Below are positions 38,532 through 47,126 of a stretch of DNA of 50,147 bases, piece after piece (position 1 is the first letter of the stretch; the number at the start of each line of letters is the position of its first letter). The position numbers and the translations under genes were made by a program. The notes beneath the pieces are model-generated. The model saw nothing but the letters and a program-made list of their open reading frames with translations, made no database searches and was not told where the DNA came from. Source of the stretch: Nanobdellota archaeon (GTDB lineage Archaea > Nanobdellota > Nanobdellia > Woesearchaeales > JAHWHD01); the NCBI GenBank assembly GCA_034722435.1, contig JAYENX010000056.1, positions 9,181-59,327 of the forward strand. Direction: 5' to 3'.

Positions 38532-39315
38532 ATAAAAAAAATGAGGTAGGTTTGATTAAAATAATTAAAATAAAAAAAGGAGGTGATCCATCCGCAGGTT
38601 CCCCTACGGATACCTTGTGACGACTTAGCCCTCCTCACAAAGCTTAGATTCGAACTACCCAAAAGGTGGTTCTCATCTAAACCCTGCTCGGGTGGCTTGA
38701 CGGGCGGTGTGTGCAAGGCACAGGGACATATTCACTGGACGCTGATGACGTCCAATTACTAGGGATTCCAGCGTCACGAGGATGAGTTTCAATCCTCGAT
38801 CCGAACTTGGGTAAGGTTTCGAGGCTTAACTTCCCCTTTCGGGGTCGTATCCCATTGTCCTTACCATTGTTGCGCGCGTGTAGCCCAGAGGATTCGGAGC
38901 ATACTGACCTACCGTAGCCTGCACCTTCCTCCACGTTTCCATGGCAGTCTCTACAATGTGCACGCCTTCTAAAGAAAACGTTAGCAATTGTAGACACAGG
39001 TCTCGCTCGTTGCCAGACTTAACTGGACACCTTGCGGCACGAGCTGACGGCGGCCATGCACTACCTCTCGGCTCGTCAAGTAAGGTCTTTAGCCTGACTT
39101 TCATCCTGCCGTCGCCCCTGGTGAGATTTTCTGTGTTGAATTAGATTAAACCGCACGCCGCACCCCTTGTGGTGTGCCCCCGCCAATTCCTTTAAGTTTC
39201 AGCCTTGCGACCGTACTTCCCAGGCGGCGAGCTTAACACCTTCGCTCCGACACCGCGCATGTATTAACATACGCGACACCTAGCTCGCAGAGTTTACAGC
39301 TGGGACTACTCGGGT

Positions 39316-39417
39316 AGTTAGCGAGTGAATCATCATATAGCAACTTCTTTCGTTCACTTGTAATAGATTTATGGAACAACTTACAAGTTATTCCAGAAGT
39401 CAGACATGATTCCTCGT
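39316..39417 (-). other. 102-nt BHB intron in the 16S helix 24 (790) loop (E. coli 793/794)
   Basis: Central helix UUAG/CUAA, bulges AU|A and CU|A; ligation gives GGAUUAGAU|ACCCGAGUAGUCC. Confidence 0.9.
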
Positions 39418-39793
39418 ATCTAATCCGGATTGCTCCCCCAGCTTTCGTCCCTCACCGTCGGATCCGTTCTGGTTAGACGCCTTCGCCACTGGCGGTCCTT
39501 CAGGGATTATAGCATTTTACCGCTCCCCCCGAAATACCTCTAACCCCTCTCCGGTCCCAAGTCTGACAGTCTCTTTTGCACGCTGTTGAGTTAAGCCCAA
39601 CAATTTCACAGAAGATTTACCAAACAGGCTACGGACGCTTTAGGCCCAATAAAACTGGTTGCTACTTGTGGCGCAGGTGTTACCGCGGCGGCTGGCACCC
39701 GTCTTTCCCACCACTTATTCGCCAAGATTTTTACTCTTAACAAAAGCCCATACAATGTATGAGCACTTGGGGTTCCCTTATCACACTTGCGTG

Positions 39794-39832
<39 letters not shown>

Positions 39833-39904
39833 AGGACCAGTGTCTCAGTGTCCTTCTCGGGGCTACCTCTCTCAAGGCCCCTATTGATCGTCGGCTTGGT
39901 GGGC

Positions 39905-39947
39905 ATATAATTTTTCAAAAAGAAATTATAAGATTTCCTTCGAAAAT
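39905..39947 (-). other. 43-nt BHB intron in the 16S helix 11 loop (E. coli about 265/266)
   Basis: Central helix GUAA/UUAU, bulges AG|A and AU|G; ligation gives GGUGGGGUAAAG|GCCCACC. Confidence 0.85.
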
Positions 39948-40383
39948 CTTTACCCCACCAACAACCTAATCAACCGCCGGCTCATCCTTGGGCATTACTT
40001 TTGAAAGAATGCATTTTCCAATTACGTTCTCTTATCCGGTATTAGCCTCAGTTTCCCAAGGTTATTCCAGACCCAAGGTTAGATTATCGACGTGTTACTG
40101 AGCAGTTTGCCTCTATTACTAGAAGACTTGCATGGCTTAGTCGAACCCCAATAGCAGCAACCTCCCGCAGGATCAACGGGATTTGTTTCTATGGTCGCAA
40201 TTTTTCTTAGCTTATTAGGAATTTTTAGGATTTGATCTTTAATCAAACCTACTCATTCATGCTTAATATATCTCAATTAAGCATACATTGGTAAATATTA
40301 ACCACCTATATGTGTTTTCAGAATACAAATATCTAAAATATAGGTAATGGTGGCGATTAGTGTCTTTTTGGAGAAAGTGCTTG

Positions 40384-40398
40384 TATTTAAATGTTTCG
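40384..40398 (-). promoter_or_regulatory. Probable BRE-TATA promoter of the rRNA operon
   Basis: CGAAACA-TTTAAATA on the minus strand about 200 nt upstream of 16S. Confidence 0.55.
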
Positions 40399-40489
40399 GA
40401 AGAAAAGGGTCGATAAAAAATGAGTTAATAAATACAAAAGTTTAGGTAGAAAAGAATTGATAAAAGAGTTAATAAAAAAATTAATATAA

Positions 40490-40591
40490 TTATTTCTTAG
40501 CACGCTTACGCTTCTCTTTCTTCATTCTCTTACGCTGCCATTTCCAGCGCATCTGTCCTTTTTTTTTCCAACGTCTTGAACTTCTTTTCAT
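40490..40591 (-). CDS. rpl41e: Ribosomal protein eL41, archaeal type (33 aa); not in ORF track
   Basis: MKRSSRRWKKKGQMRWKWQRKRMKKEKRKRAKK carries the MRWKW..KR signature. Confidence 0.9.
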   Translation of the reverse strand: MKRSSRRWKKKGQMRWKWQRKRMKKEKRKRAKK

Positions 40592-40628
40592 ATTTTTATT
40601 AAAAACCTCTAAGTTATATAAAAATGTA

Positions 40629-40732
40629 TGCCCCGGCCGGGAATTTCGTAGCTATTCAATTGAACAACGGTTTCGAACCCGGGTCCCAGCCTCGAAAGGG
40701 CTGGATGATTGGCCGGACTACACCACCGGGGC
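40629..40732 (-). tRNA. tRNA-Glu(UUC); 29-nt intron at 59/60 (40643-40671)
   Basis: CU-UUC-GA anticodon loop; UUCG/CGAA central helix with bulges AA|A and AU|U. Confidence 0.95.
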
Positions 40733-40747
40733 ATTGTGAACATGATA

Positions 40748-40885
40748 TGGGCCCGCGGGGACTTTCATGCAAGCTTTTAACTCGACAATTTGAACCCCGG
40801 ACCACCGGCTCTCTTAGAGCCAATGTCCTTTGAAAGGAACGAGGTCATATAAGACCGGCGCTCCACCAGACTAAGCTACGGGCCC
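40748..40885 (-). tRNA. tRNA-Ile(UAU); two introns: 37/38 (40811-40847, 37 nt) and 59/60 (40762-40788, 27 nt)
   Basis: C32-U33-U34-A35 pairs with intron UAAG (bulges UA|U and AG|A); second BHB UUCA/UGAA; A73. Confidence 0.9.
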
Positions 40886-41023
40886 AGTCTTATATGAGTT
40901 CGTAATAATCTATTTTTAAATCTTTCGTTGAATATGTGATTAGAATGCTTGGAATTTAGATAGTATTTTAAGTTAACTATTTTGAAAAGGTTGAAACATG
41001 ATTCTTGAATAGGGTTTCAGAAA

Positions 41024-41094
41024 TGCGGCGACCGAGAATCGAACTCGGGCCAAGCCCGTGGCAGGGGCCTATTGTACCACTCAACCATCGCCGC
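41024..41094 (-). tRNA. tRNA-Gly(GCC), intronless
   Basis: GCGGCGA...CU-GCC-AC...UUCGAUU...UCGCCGC-A cloverleaf. Confidence 0.97.
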
Positions 41095-41126
41095 GTAAAT
41101 AAAAATTAAATTAAAAATATGAAATA

Positions 41127-41256
41127 TGGGTCCGCCCGGATTTGAACCGGGGATTAACGCCTTTCTAATACGACGAAGAAAGACAAAAGTCTTTTTCGTT
41201 GCCTTGTAAGGGCGCTGTCATCTATGGCGAATCCGTAACCACTAGACCACGGACCC
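41127..41256 (-). tRNA. tRNA-Val(UAC); two introns: D-loop 20a/21 (41222-41236, 15 nt) and 37/38 (41163-41204, 42 nt)
   Basis: D-loop BHB GUGG/CCAU with bulges UU|A and AG|A; anticodon intron forms a long hairpin with relaxed helix CUUA/UUAG. Confidence 0.9.
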
Positions 41257-41304
41257 AATGAATTCTAAGATTTTAGTTTTGATATTTAAATCTTACTATG
41301 AATT

Positions 41305-41709
41305 CTATAAATTGTTCAAAGTCTTTGCGTCGAGAGTTTTAAAGCAATTTTTACAAATCTTTTTGTTATTAATAGTTGTCACGTTATCAGGATTTATCAA
41401 GAGGTTGCACAAAGGACATCGCACCCTGTCAGTTTTAAGGGTTTTATCTTTAAAAAAATCGGAAGTAGAGATACTTTTTTCAGTGAACCTCGATAAGGTG
41501 TTTTCAAATTTTTCAGTCTCAGGTTGTTTTAGTACAACATTAGATTCAGCAGAAGTGTTAAATTCTTTAATCTGTCTAATATATTCTCTCACAGTACTCT
41601 CACCTACGCCAAAATAATCTGCCAACTTCCTTATAGAAAAACCTTTATCCAAAAGTTGTTTGGTTAGATTAATTCTTTTCAATTTTTCTTTATGATGAAA
41701 TGAGTCCAT
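41305..41709 (-). CDS. HTH plus C-terminal Zn-ribbon protein
   Basis: SIRKLADYFGVGESTVREYI; CPLC...CKNC. Confidence 0.7.
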   Translation of the reverse strand: MDSFHHKEKLKRINLTKQLLDKGFSIRKLADYFGVGESTVREYIRQIKEFNTSAESNVVLKQPETEKFENTLSRFTEKSISTSDFFKDKTLKTDRVRCPLCNLLINPDNVTTINNKKICKNCFKTLDAKTLNNL

Positions 41710-41900
41710 GTTTAATTAGTAAGTTAGTTAGTTTTTATTTATCTTTTGATTAATGCGAAAAGACATTATAAGAGCATCATTTTGTTTTTATATGATTCTA
41801 ATTTAGTATCGTAAATTGTTTTGAATAGATTGTTGGAGAGGGTTTAATTAAATTTTATTTAAGACAAGATTTATAAATAATAATTGAAACATGAATAGTT

Positions 41901-42737
41901 ATGCAAGAAGAAATTTTTAACATGCTGATGAAAGAGGATGACATTACTTGGCATGAGATTCTTACAGATCTAGTTAAATCAGAAAAGATGGACCCGTGGG
42001 ATATTGATGTCTCGACTCTTACAAAGAAGTATATAGATATGTTGAAGAAGTTGAAAGAGCTTGACCTAAAAGTATCAGGCAAAGTTATACTATGCGCTGC
42101 TTTACTTCTAAAAATGAAAAGTACAAGGTTGGTGGGTAGCGATTTACAGCGACTTGATGAGCTATTCTATCCTCCAGAAGAAGATGACCTATATAGCGAT
42201 GACGATTACGATCAATGGGCGTATGCGAAGGATGTTGTGAAAGGGGGAAAGATTAAACTTCTACCCAGGACGCCGCAGCCACGAAAAAGGAAGGTTTCAA
42301 TCTATGATTTGATGGAAGCATTACAGAAAGCTATGGAAGTTAAGCGTAGAAGAGTTATGCGTAATGTGCCGGAAGAACTCGAGATACGTCTACCAGCTAA
42401 ACAAATAGATATTTCAGTCGTTATACGCGAAGTTTTTAGCAGAATAAAATCGTGGTTTTTTAAAAATAATAAAAAGATAAAATTTTCTCAGCTAATCCCT
42501 GGCTCGTCTAAAGAGGATAAAGTTTACACGTTTATTCCATTGTTACATTTATCTAACCAAAGGAAAATCGAGATTTCTCAAGAAGAACATTTTGGGGATA
42601 TAGATATCGAACTTTCTAAGAATCCGCCTAAGAAAGAAGTTGAAGATAATGTGAATGAAGATAGTTCTGAGAAGAGCGATGGAGAAAGTAAAGATGTTAT
42701 TAAAAATAAAGATGATAAAATTAATTTCAAAGATTAG
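41901..42737 (+). CDS. scpA: Segregation and condensation protein A (kleisin)
   Basis: MDPWDIDV, ALLLKMKS, FIPLLHL...EISQEEHFGDI. Confidence 0.92.
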   Translation: MQEEIFNMLMKEDDITWHEILTDLVKSEKMDPWDIDVSTLTKKYIDMLKKLKELDLKVSGKVILCAALLLKMKSTRLVGSDLQRLDELFYPPEEDDLYSDDDYDQWAYAKDVVKGGKIKLLPRTPQPRKRKVSIYDLMEALQKAMEVKRRRVMRNVPEELEIRLPAKQIDISVVIREVFSRIKSWFFKNNKKIKFSQLIPGSSKEDKVYTFIPLLHLSNQRKIEISQEEHFGDIDIELSKNPPKKEVEDNVNEDSSEKSDGESKDVIKNKDDKINFKD

Positions 42738-42792
42738 TGTTAATCACCATATTATGATAATCTATATAAATACCTCCTTAATCTATTGAGAT

Positions 42793-43473
42793 ATGGTACA
42801 TATATTACAAACAGCATTCCATGGAAATCCTAATGTGGGACTTTACGCGTTCTGTAATGATAAGTTCTGTTTAATCGGAAAAGAAGTTCAGGAGAAGACT
42901 GCAAAAGAGATTGAGAAAGTGCTCAAGGTTCCAGTACACAGGATTACAATAGCAGGTACTTCACTCATAGGAGTGTTTGTTGCGGGCAATAATAAGAGGA
43001 TTTTGTTACCAGAGATTGTTTTCGAGAAAGAGCTTAAAGTTCTTGATGATTTAGGAATTGATTATAAAATTATAAAAACTAAGTTGACTGCGTTAGGCAA
43101 TAATATACTTTGTAATGATACAGGCGCACTTGCGAATCCAGACTTTTCAGCAGAGACTAAGAAACGTATAAGAGAAGCACTTGAAGTGTCTCTTAAACCA
43201 GGGACAATCGCAGATATTGAGACAGTGGGAAGTGTAGGAATTACATGTAAAGGCAGATGTTTAATCCATAGAGATGCGAATCTTGACGATTTTGAATACA
43301 TAGAAAGTTTATTAAATGTGAAATGTTATACTGGAACTGTGAATCTAGGGAATCCGTATGTCAAGTCAGGCGCGTTTTGTAACTCGAACGGATTTGTCAT
43401 AAGTAAGATGACTGGAGGACCCGAGGTTAGCAATGTTGATGAGTCGCTAGGGTTCTTAGGCGAAGATTCATAA
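42793..43473 (+). CDS. eif6: Translation initiation factor 6 (aIF6)
   Basis: GNPNVG, IAGTSLIG, ALGNNILCND, GTVNLGNPYV, TGGPE. Confidence 0.96.
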   Translation: MVHILQTAFHGNPNVGLYAFCNDKFCLIGKEVQEKTAKEIEKVLKVPVHRITIAGTSLIGVFVAGNNKRILLPEIVFEKELKVLDDLGIDYKIIKTKLTALGNNILCNDTGALANPDFSAETKKRIREALEVSLKPGTIADIETVGSVGITCKGRCLIHRDANLDDFEYIESLLNVKCYTGTVNLGNPYVKSGAFCNSNGFVISKMTGGPEVSNVDESLGFLGEDS

Positions 43474-43517
43474 GTTAAGTATTAATCAAAATCAAGTTTA
43501 GTTAAAATTAAAGTTAG

Positions 43518-43700
43518 GTGAAAAAAATGGTTGAACTATCAAATAAGGAAAAAGAGTTAATTGTACATCTTTTAAAAAAAGAGCTTAAACAAGTTGATAC
43601 GCCTGATGAAGGTGTAAGGTATGATTCTGATATAGCATATACTGCAATGGAAGAAAAATATGAAATCGTACTTGAGAAATTGATAAAGAGATTGAAATAA
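43518..43700 (+). CDS. Small hypothetical protein
   Basis: 60-aa helical ORF with GTG start between eif6 and pfdA. Confidence 0.6.
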   Translation: MKKMVELSNKEKELIVHLLKKELKQVDTPDEGVRYDSDIAYTAMEEKYEIVLEKLIKRLK

Positions 43701-43717
43701 TACTAAGTTGATATAAT

Positions 43718-44146
43718 ATGACAGATAACGAGAAAGAAGGAAAAAATACTGAAGACCTGCAACAGAAATATATGCAGATGCAAATGTTTCAGCAACAAAT
43801 GGAACAAGTACAGAAACAGCTTCAGTTGATGGAGAAACAGTTAGTTGAACTTGATCTTGTGAAAAAAGCACTTGGAGACCTTAAAAATGTTAAAGAAGAT
43901 GCTGAGATTCTTGTACCGTTAAGCTCAGGCATATTTGTGAAAGCTGAGTTAAAGGATAACAAGAAAGTCACAGTGAATGTTGGGAGAGGGGTTGCTACCG
44001 AGAAAACAATTGAACAGGCGCAAGAGTTAATCTCGCAACAGGCTGATGAACTTACAAAAGTTAGAGCGCAGCTTACAGAAGATATGAGTAAAATGGGGGT
44101 GCAGGCTAATGGTCTGCAACAAGAACTACAAAAATTGGTGAATTAA
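43718..44146 (+). CDS. pfdA: Prefoldin subunit alpha
   Basis: Coiled coils flanking EILVPLSSGIFVKA...VTVNVGRGV. Confidence 0.95.
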   Translation: MTDNEKEGKNTEDLQQKYMQMQMFQQQMEQVQKQLQLMEKQLVELDLVKKALGDLKNVKEDAEILVPLSSGIFVKAELKDNKKVTVNVGRGVATEKTIEQAQELISQQADELTKVRAQLTEDMSKMGVQANGLQQELQKLVN

Positions 44147-45817
44147 ATGTTTAAATTTCTTAAAGATAAACTAAAAAAGAGCGTTAATAAATTATCAGAA
44201 GATATTGAAAAAGAAGCTAAAGAAGAAACTCTTACTGAAGAAGAAGTTGTACAGGAAGAGAAAAAGAAGCCAGGATTTTTTTCTAAACTTTTTAAGAAAA
44301 AGGAAAAGAAAGAAACAGTTCTAGAAGAGTATGAACCCGAAGAATTGTTTGATGATAAAAAAGTAGAAGAAGATATTAAAGAAGAATATGAAGAAGTTGT
44401 ACATGAAGCTCCTAAGCAAGAGGTTACTGCCGAGAAAGTTATAGAGAAAGTACAAGAGTTAAAGGAGAAGGAAGAGGCTGAAGAAGAGAAAGTTGTTGAA
44501 GAAAAAATAGAAAAGAAGAAAGTTAAGGAAGAAAGAGAAGAGAAGAAGAAAGTTAAGAAAGAAGAAAAAACAGAAAAGGAAGAGAAGAGAGAAATAAAAG
44601 AAGAGATAACTGAAGAAATAGAAAAACCTAAAGAGGTTGAAAAAAAACCTACTGCTGCTGAGCTTGTGGAAGAAGCTGAAAAGGAAGTTATTGTTAAAGA
44701 GTTAAAAAAAGATATTAAAGATGCTAAGAAAGAGATTAAAGAAGCGTATGTTGATCATTCTAAAGAACAGTTTGAAAAAGCTAAAGAAAAGATTGTCAAA
44801 GTAAAGGAAGAAATTAAAGATATTGTTGAAAAGGAAGAAAAAGATGTTGTTGTTGAAAAACTGCAAGAAAAAGCTGACGAAATTGAGAAAGATATTAAGA
44901 AGGATAAAAAGGTTATAAAAGATCTGGAGCCAGAAGAGGAAGGTAAAGGATTTTTTGGCAAGTTAAAGCAAAAGATTGTTACTAAAAAGATTAATGCGAA
45001 ACAGTTTGATGAACTGTTCTGGGACATGGAACTAGTACTTCTGGAAAATAATGTTGCAGTTGAAGTTATTGATAAGATTAAAAGTGATTTGAAAGAGTTC
45101 TTGGTTGATAGACCTATACGTAGAGGTAAAGTGGCTGATACGATTATGAGTTCGTTACGTCATTCGCTTGAAAGTTTGTTCGAGGTTGAAAAAGTTGATC
45201 TTCTGAAAAGAGTTAAAGCTAAAAAACCGTATGTAATATGTTTTGTAGGGATAAACGGATCAGGTAAGACAACCACTATAGGTAAGATGTGTCAACTGTT
45301 CAAGAACCAAGGTTTAAAATGTGTAATGGCTGCCGCCGACACGTTCAGGGCGGCTGCAATCCAGCAACTGGAAGAGCACGCTAATAACCTAGGCGTTAAA
45401 ATTATTAAGCACGATTACGGAAGCGATGCTGCGGCTGTTGCTTTTGATGCAGTAAAGTACGCGACAGCGCACCATATTGATGTTGTCCTTGTAGATACTG
45501 CCGGAAGAATGCATTCTAATGCTAACCTTGTAGATGAAATGAAGAAAATTATTAGAGTAGCTACTCCTGATTTGAAAATATTTGTTGGAGAAAGTATTAC
45601 TGGTAATGATTGTGTTGAACAAGCTTCAAAGTTTGATGCTGCGATTGGTATAGATGGAATCGTGTTATCTAAAGCTGATGTTGATGATAAAGGAGGTGCG
45701 GCTGTATCGGTATCGTACGTTACCAAGAAACCTATACTTTATCTAGGTACAGGTCAAAGGTATGAAGATCTGCAAGAGTTTGATAGTTCTGTATTGTTAG
45801 AAGGTTTGGATCTTTAG
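44147..45817 (+). CDS. ftsY: SRP receptor FtsY with long charged N-terminal region
   Basis: GINGSGKTTT, DTFRAAA, DTAGR, SKAD, GTGQ. Confidence 0.97.
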   Translation: MFKFLKDKLKKSVNKLSEDIEKEAKEETLTEEEVVQEEKKKPGFFSKLFKKKEKKETVLEEYEPEELFDDKKVEEDIKEEYEEVVHEAPKQEVTAEKVIEKVQELKEKEEAEEEKVVEEKIEKKKVKEEREEKKKVKKEEKTEKEEKREIKEEITEEIEKPKEVEKKPTAAELVEEAEKEVIVKELKKDIKDAKKEIKEAYVDHSKEQFEKAKEKIVKVKEEIKDIVEKEEKDVVVEKLQEKADEIEKDIKKDKKVIKDLEPEEEGKGFFGKLKQKIVTKKINAKQFDELFWDMELVLLENNVAVEVIDKIKSDLKEFLVDRPIRRGKVADTIMSSLRHSLESLFEVEKVDLLKRVKAKKPYVICFVGINGSGKTTTIGKMCQLFKNQGLKCVMAAADTFRAAAIQQLEEHANNLGVKIIKHDYGSDAAAVAFDAVKYATAHHIDVVLVDTAGRMHSNANLVDEMKKIIRVATPDLKIFVGESITGNDCVEQASKFDAAIGIDGIVLSKADVDDKGGAAVSVSYVTKKPILYLGTGQRYEDLQEFDSSVLLEGLDL

Positions 45818-45822
45818 GTTAT

Positions 45823-45924
45823 AAAATCATGAAATGATTTTCAAAACATTTAAACAATAGAAATTGAAAAGATTTCTAAGTTAAAATGTTTGAAAATTAT
45901 GAAATAATTTTCAAAACATTTAAA
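45823..45924. promoter_or_regulatory. Two 32-bp direct repeats (70-bp period), each containing an 8-3-8 palindrome
   Basis: AAAATCAT-GAA-ATGATTTT and AAAATTAT-GAA-ATAATTTT, each followed by CAAAACATTTAAA. Confidence 0.7.
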
Positions 45925-45974
45925 TAGTAGATTTCGTATTTTTCTTTAAAAAACATATAAAGGGGGTGTTTTAA

Positions 45975-46307
45975 TTGGGAGAAGTAGAAGAAGGAAAAAT
46001 TTTTGCATTTCTTGGAGTTTTCTTAACAATTATAGGATTTATAATCGTAATGTTAGTTAAGAAAGATAATAAGTATGCTATGTACTATGCTAAGCAAGGA
46101 CTAATGTTGTTCATTGCTGGAATTATAGTAGGTATAATTGGATGGATATTAGTGTTCATACCATTTATTGGAATTGCAATCACTTGGTTGCTAAACGTAG
46201 TATTGCTTGTACTCTGGATCCTTGGATGGGTTTATGCTCTACAAGGGGAAATGAAACCAATACCTTTAATCGGACATTATGCCGAAGAATGGTTTAAAGG
46301 GTTATAA
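45975..46307 (+). CDS. DUF4870-like membrane protein
   Basis: YYAKQGL, IPFIG, KPIPLIG; TTG start. Confidence 0.75.
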   Translation: MGEVEEGKIFAFLGVFLTIIGFIIVMLVKKDNKYAMYYAKQGLMLFIAGIIVGIIGWILVFIPFIGIAITWLLNVVLLVLWILGWVYALQGEMKPIPLIGHYAEEWFKGL

Positions 46308-46309
46308 GT

Positions 46310-46675
46310 ATGGCAGTTACTGCTTTGGGCTTATTGTACGTGGTGATAGGCATTATTGTTTCAGCCATTTTTTTATGGCTGTTCGCTAGCTACGTATACA
46401 AGTGCAAGGAGAAAAACTTTATCACAGCATTTCTGATTGCTGCGATTATTGGAATAGTTACTTATGTGCTCGGGCTTTTTAGAGCCGAGTTCATGATATG
46501 GGTTAACCTGGCTGTTACAGTTTTCCTAGGAATCTTTTTGATAAAGAAATGGTACAACTTAAAATTACAAAAAACTTTACTTATATGGCTTACATGGTTT
46601 ATTGTAATGGTTGTGATAAGTTATCTGCTTAACCTTTTGACTCCTATCAGTTTTGCGACAGGAGTTATTGGATGA
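46310..46675 (+). CDS. Membrane protein (about 4 TM)
   Basis: Four hydrophobic helices. Confidence 0.65.
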   Translation: MAVTALGLLYVVIGIIVSAIFLWLFASYVYKCKEKNFITAFLIAAIIGIVTYVLGLFRAEFMIWVNLAVTVFLGIFLIKKWYNLKLQKTLLIWLTWFIVMVVISYLLNLLTPISFATGVIG

Positions 46676-47025
46676 AAGTATTTAGCATTTTTTTTATTTT
46701 TTTATTGATTGTTTCTATTGCTATAATGGGTTGTTCTAAAGAGACGTCAGTAGGTTCTGCTGTTGATGTTTTAGATAAAAATTCAAAAGTTGTCAATGCT
46801 GGAGAATGGTGCGTTCCAGGAAGTGAATGGGGACTTGATTTTGAAAGAGAAGGTCTTGAACCGGGAGAAGTATTCGTTAAAGGTGTTGAAGTAACTGGAG
46901 AGTATAAAGGACTCTGTAATGTAAAATATAAGGGTAGCTTTGATAGTGTAGAGTACTGGTTTAACAAAGACGGCAAAACAGGATATTATCAAGTTGGTGT
47001 TTTTGTCAGAGAATGGAGTTCTTAA
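46672..47025 (+). CDS. Lipoprotein, unknown function
   Basis: Lipobox IMGC. Confidence 0.7.
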   Translation: MKVFSIFFIFLLIVSIAIMGCSKETSVGSAVDVLDKNSKVVNAGEWCVPGSEWGLDFEREGLEPGEVFVKGVEVTGEYKGLCNVKYKGSFDSVEYWFNKDGKTGYYQVGVFVREWSS

Positions 47026-47126
47026 GTCATTTTATTATTAGTTTTATTAATGATACTTTCTACCTAAATTTATTTTAACAAACTATTTAAGCTAGATGTT
47101 TTCTTTTCTGTGGTGAGGTGGTTATA

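Noticed and set aside
39316-39417. h24 intron as a bona fide pistol ribozyme or a homing-endonuclease intron
   Set aside because: The linker is too short for pistol P2, no P3 or cleavage-site architecture is evident, and 102 nt cannot encode a nuclease
40804-40824. Alternative anticodon arm UGGCU-CUAAGAG-AGCCG suggesting tRNA-Leu(AAG)
   Set aside because: No BHB supports that excision, there is no long variable arm, and A34 is atypical in archaea; the Ile(UAU) BHB is canonical
40624-40833. 69-aa plus-strand ORF
   Set aside because: Antisense to tRNA-Glu and tRNA-Ile
41024-41709. Integrated element at the tRNA cluster
   Set aside because: No integrase and no duplicated tRNA end found; the HTH/Zn-ribbon gene lies 5' of tRNA-Val
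44147-44950. Long E/K-rich stretch as a separate repeat element
   Set aside because: Acidic/charged N-terminal extensions are a known feature of FtsY, and there is no fixed-period repeat
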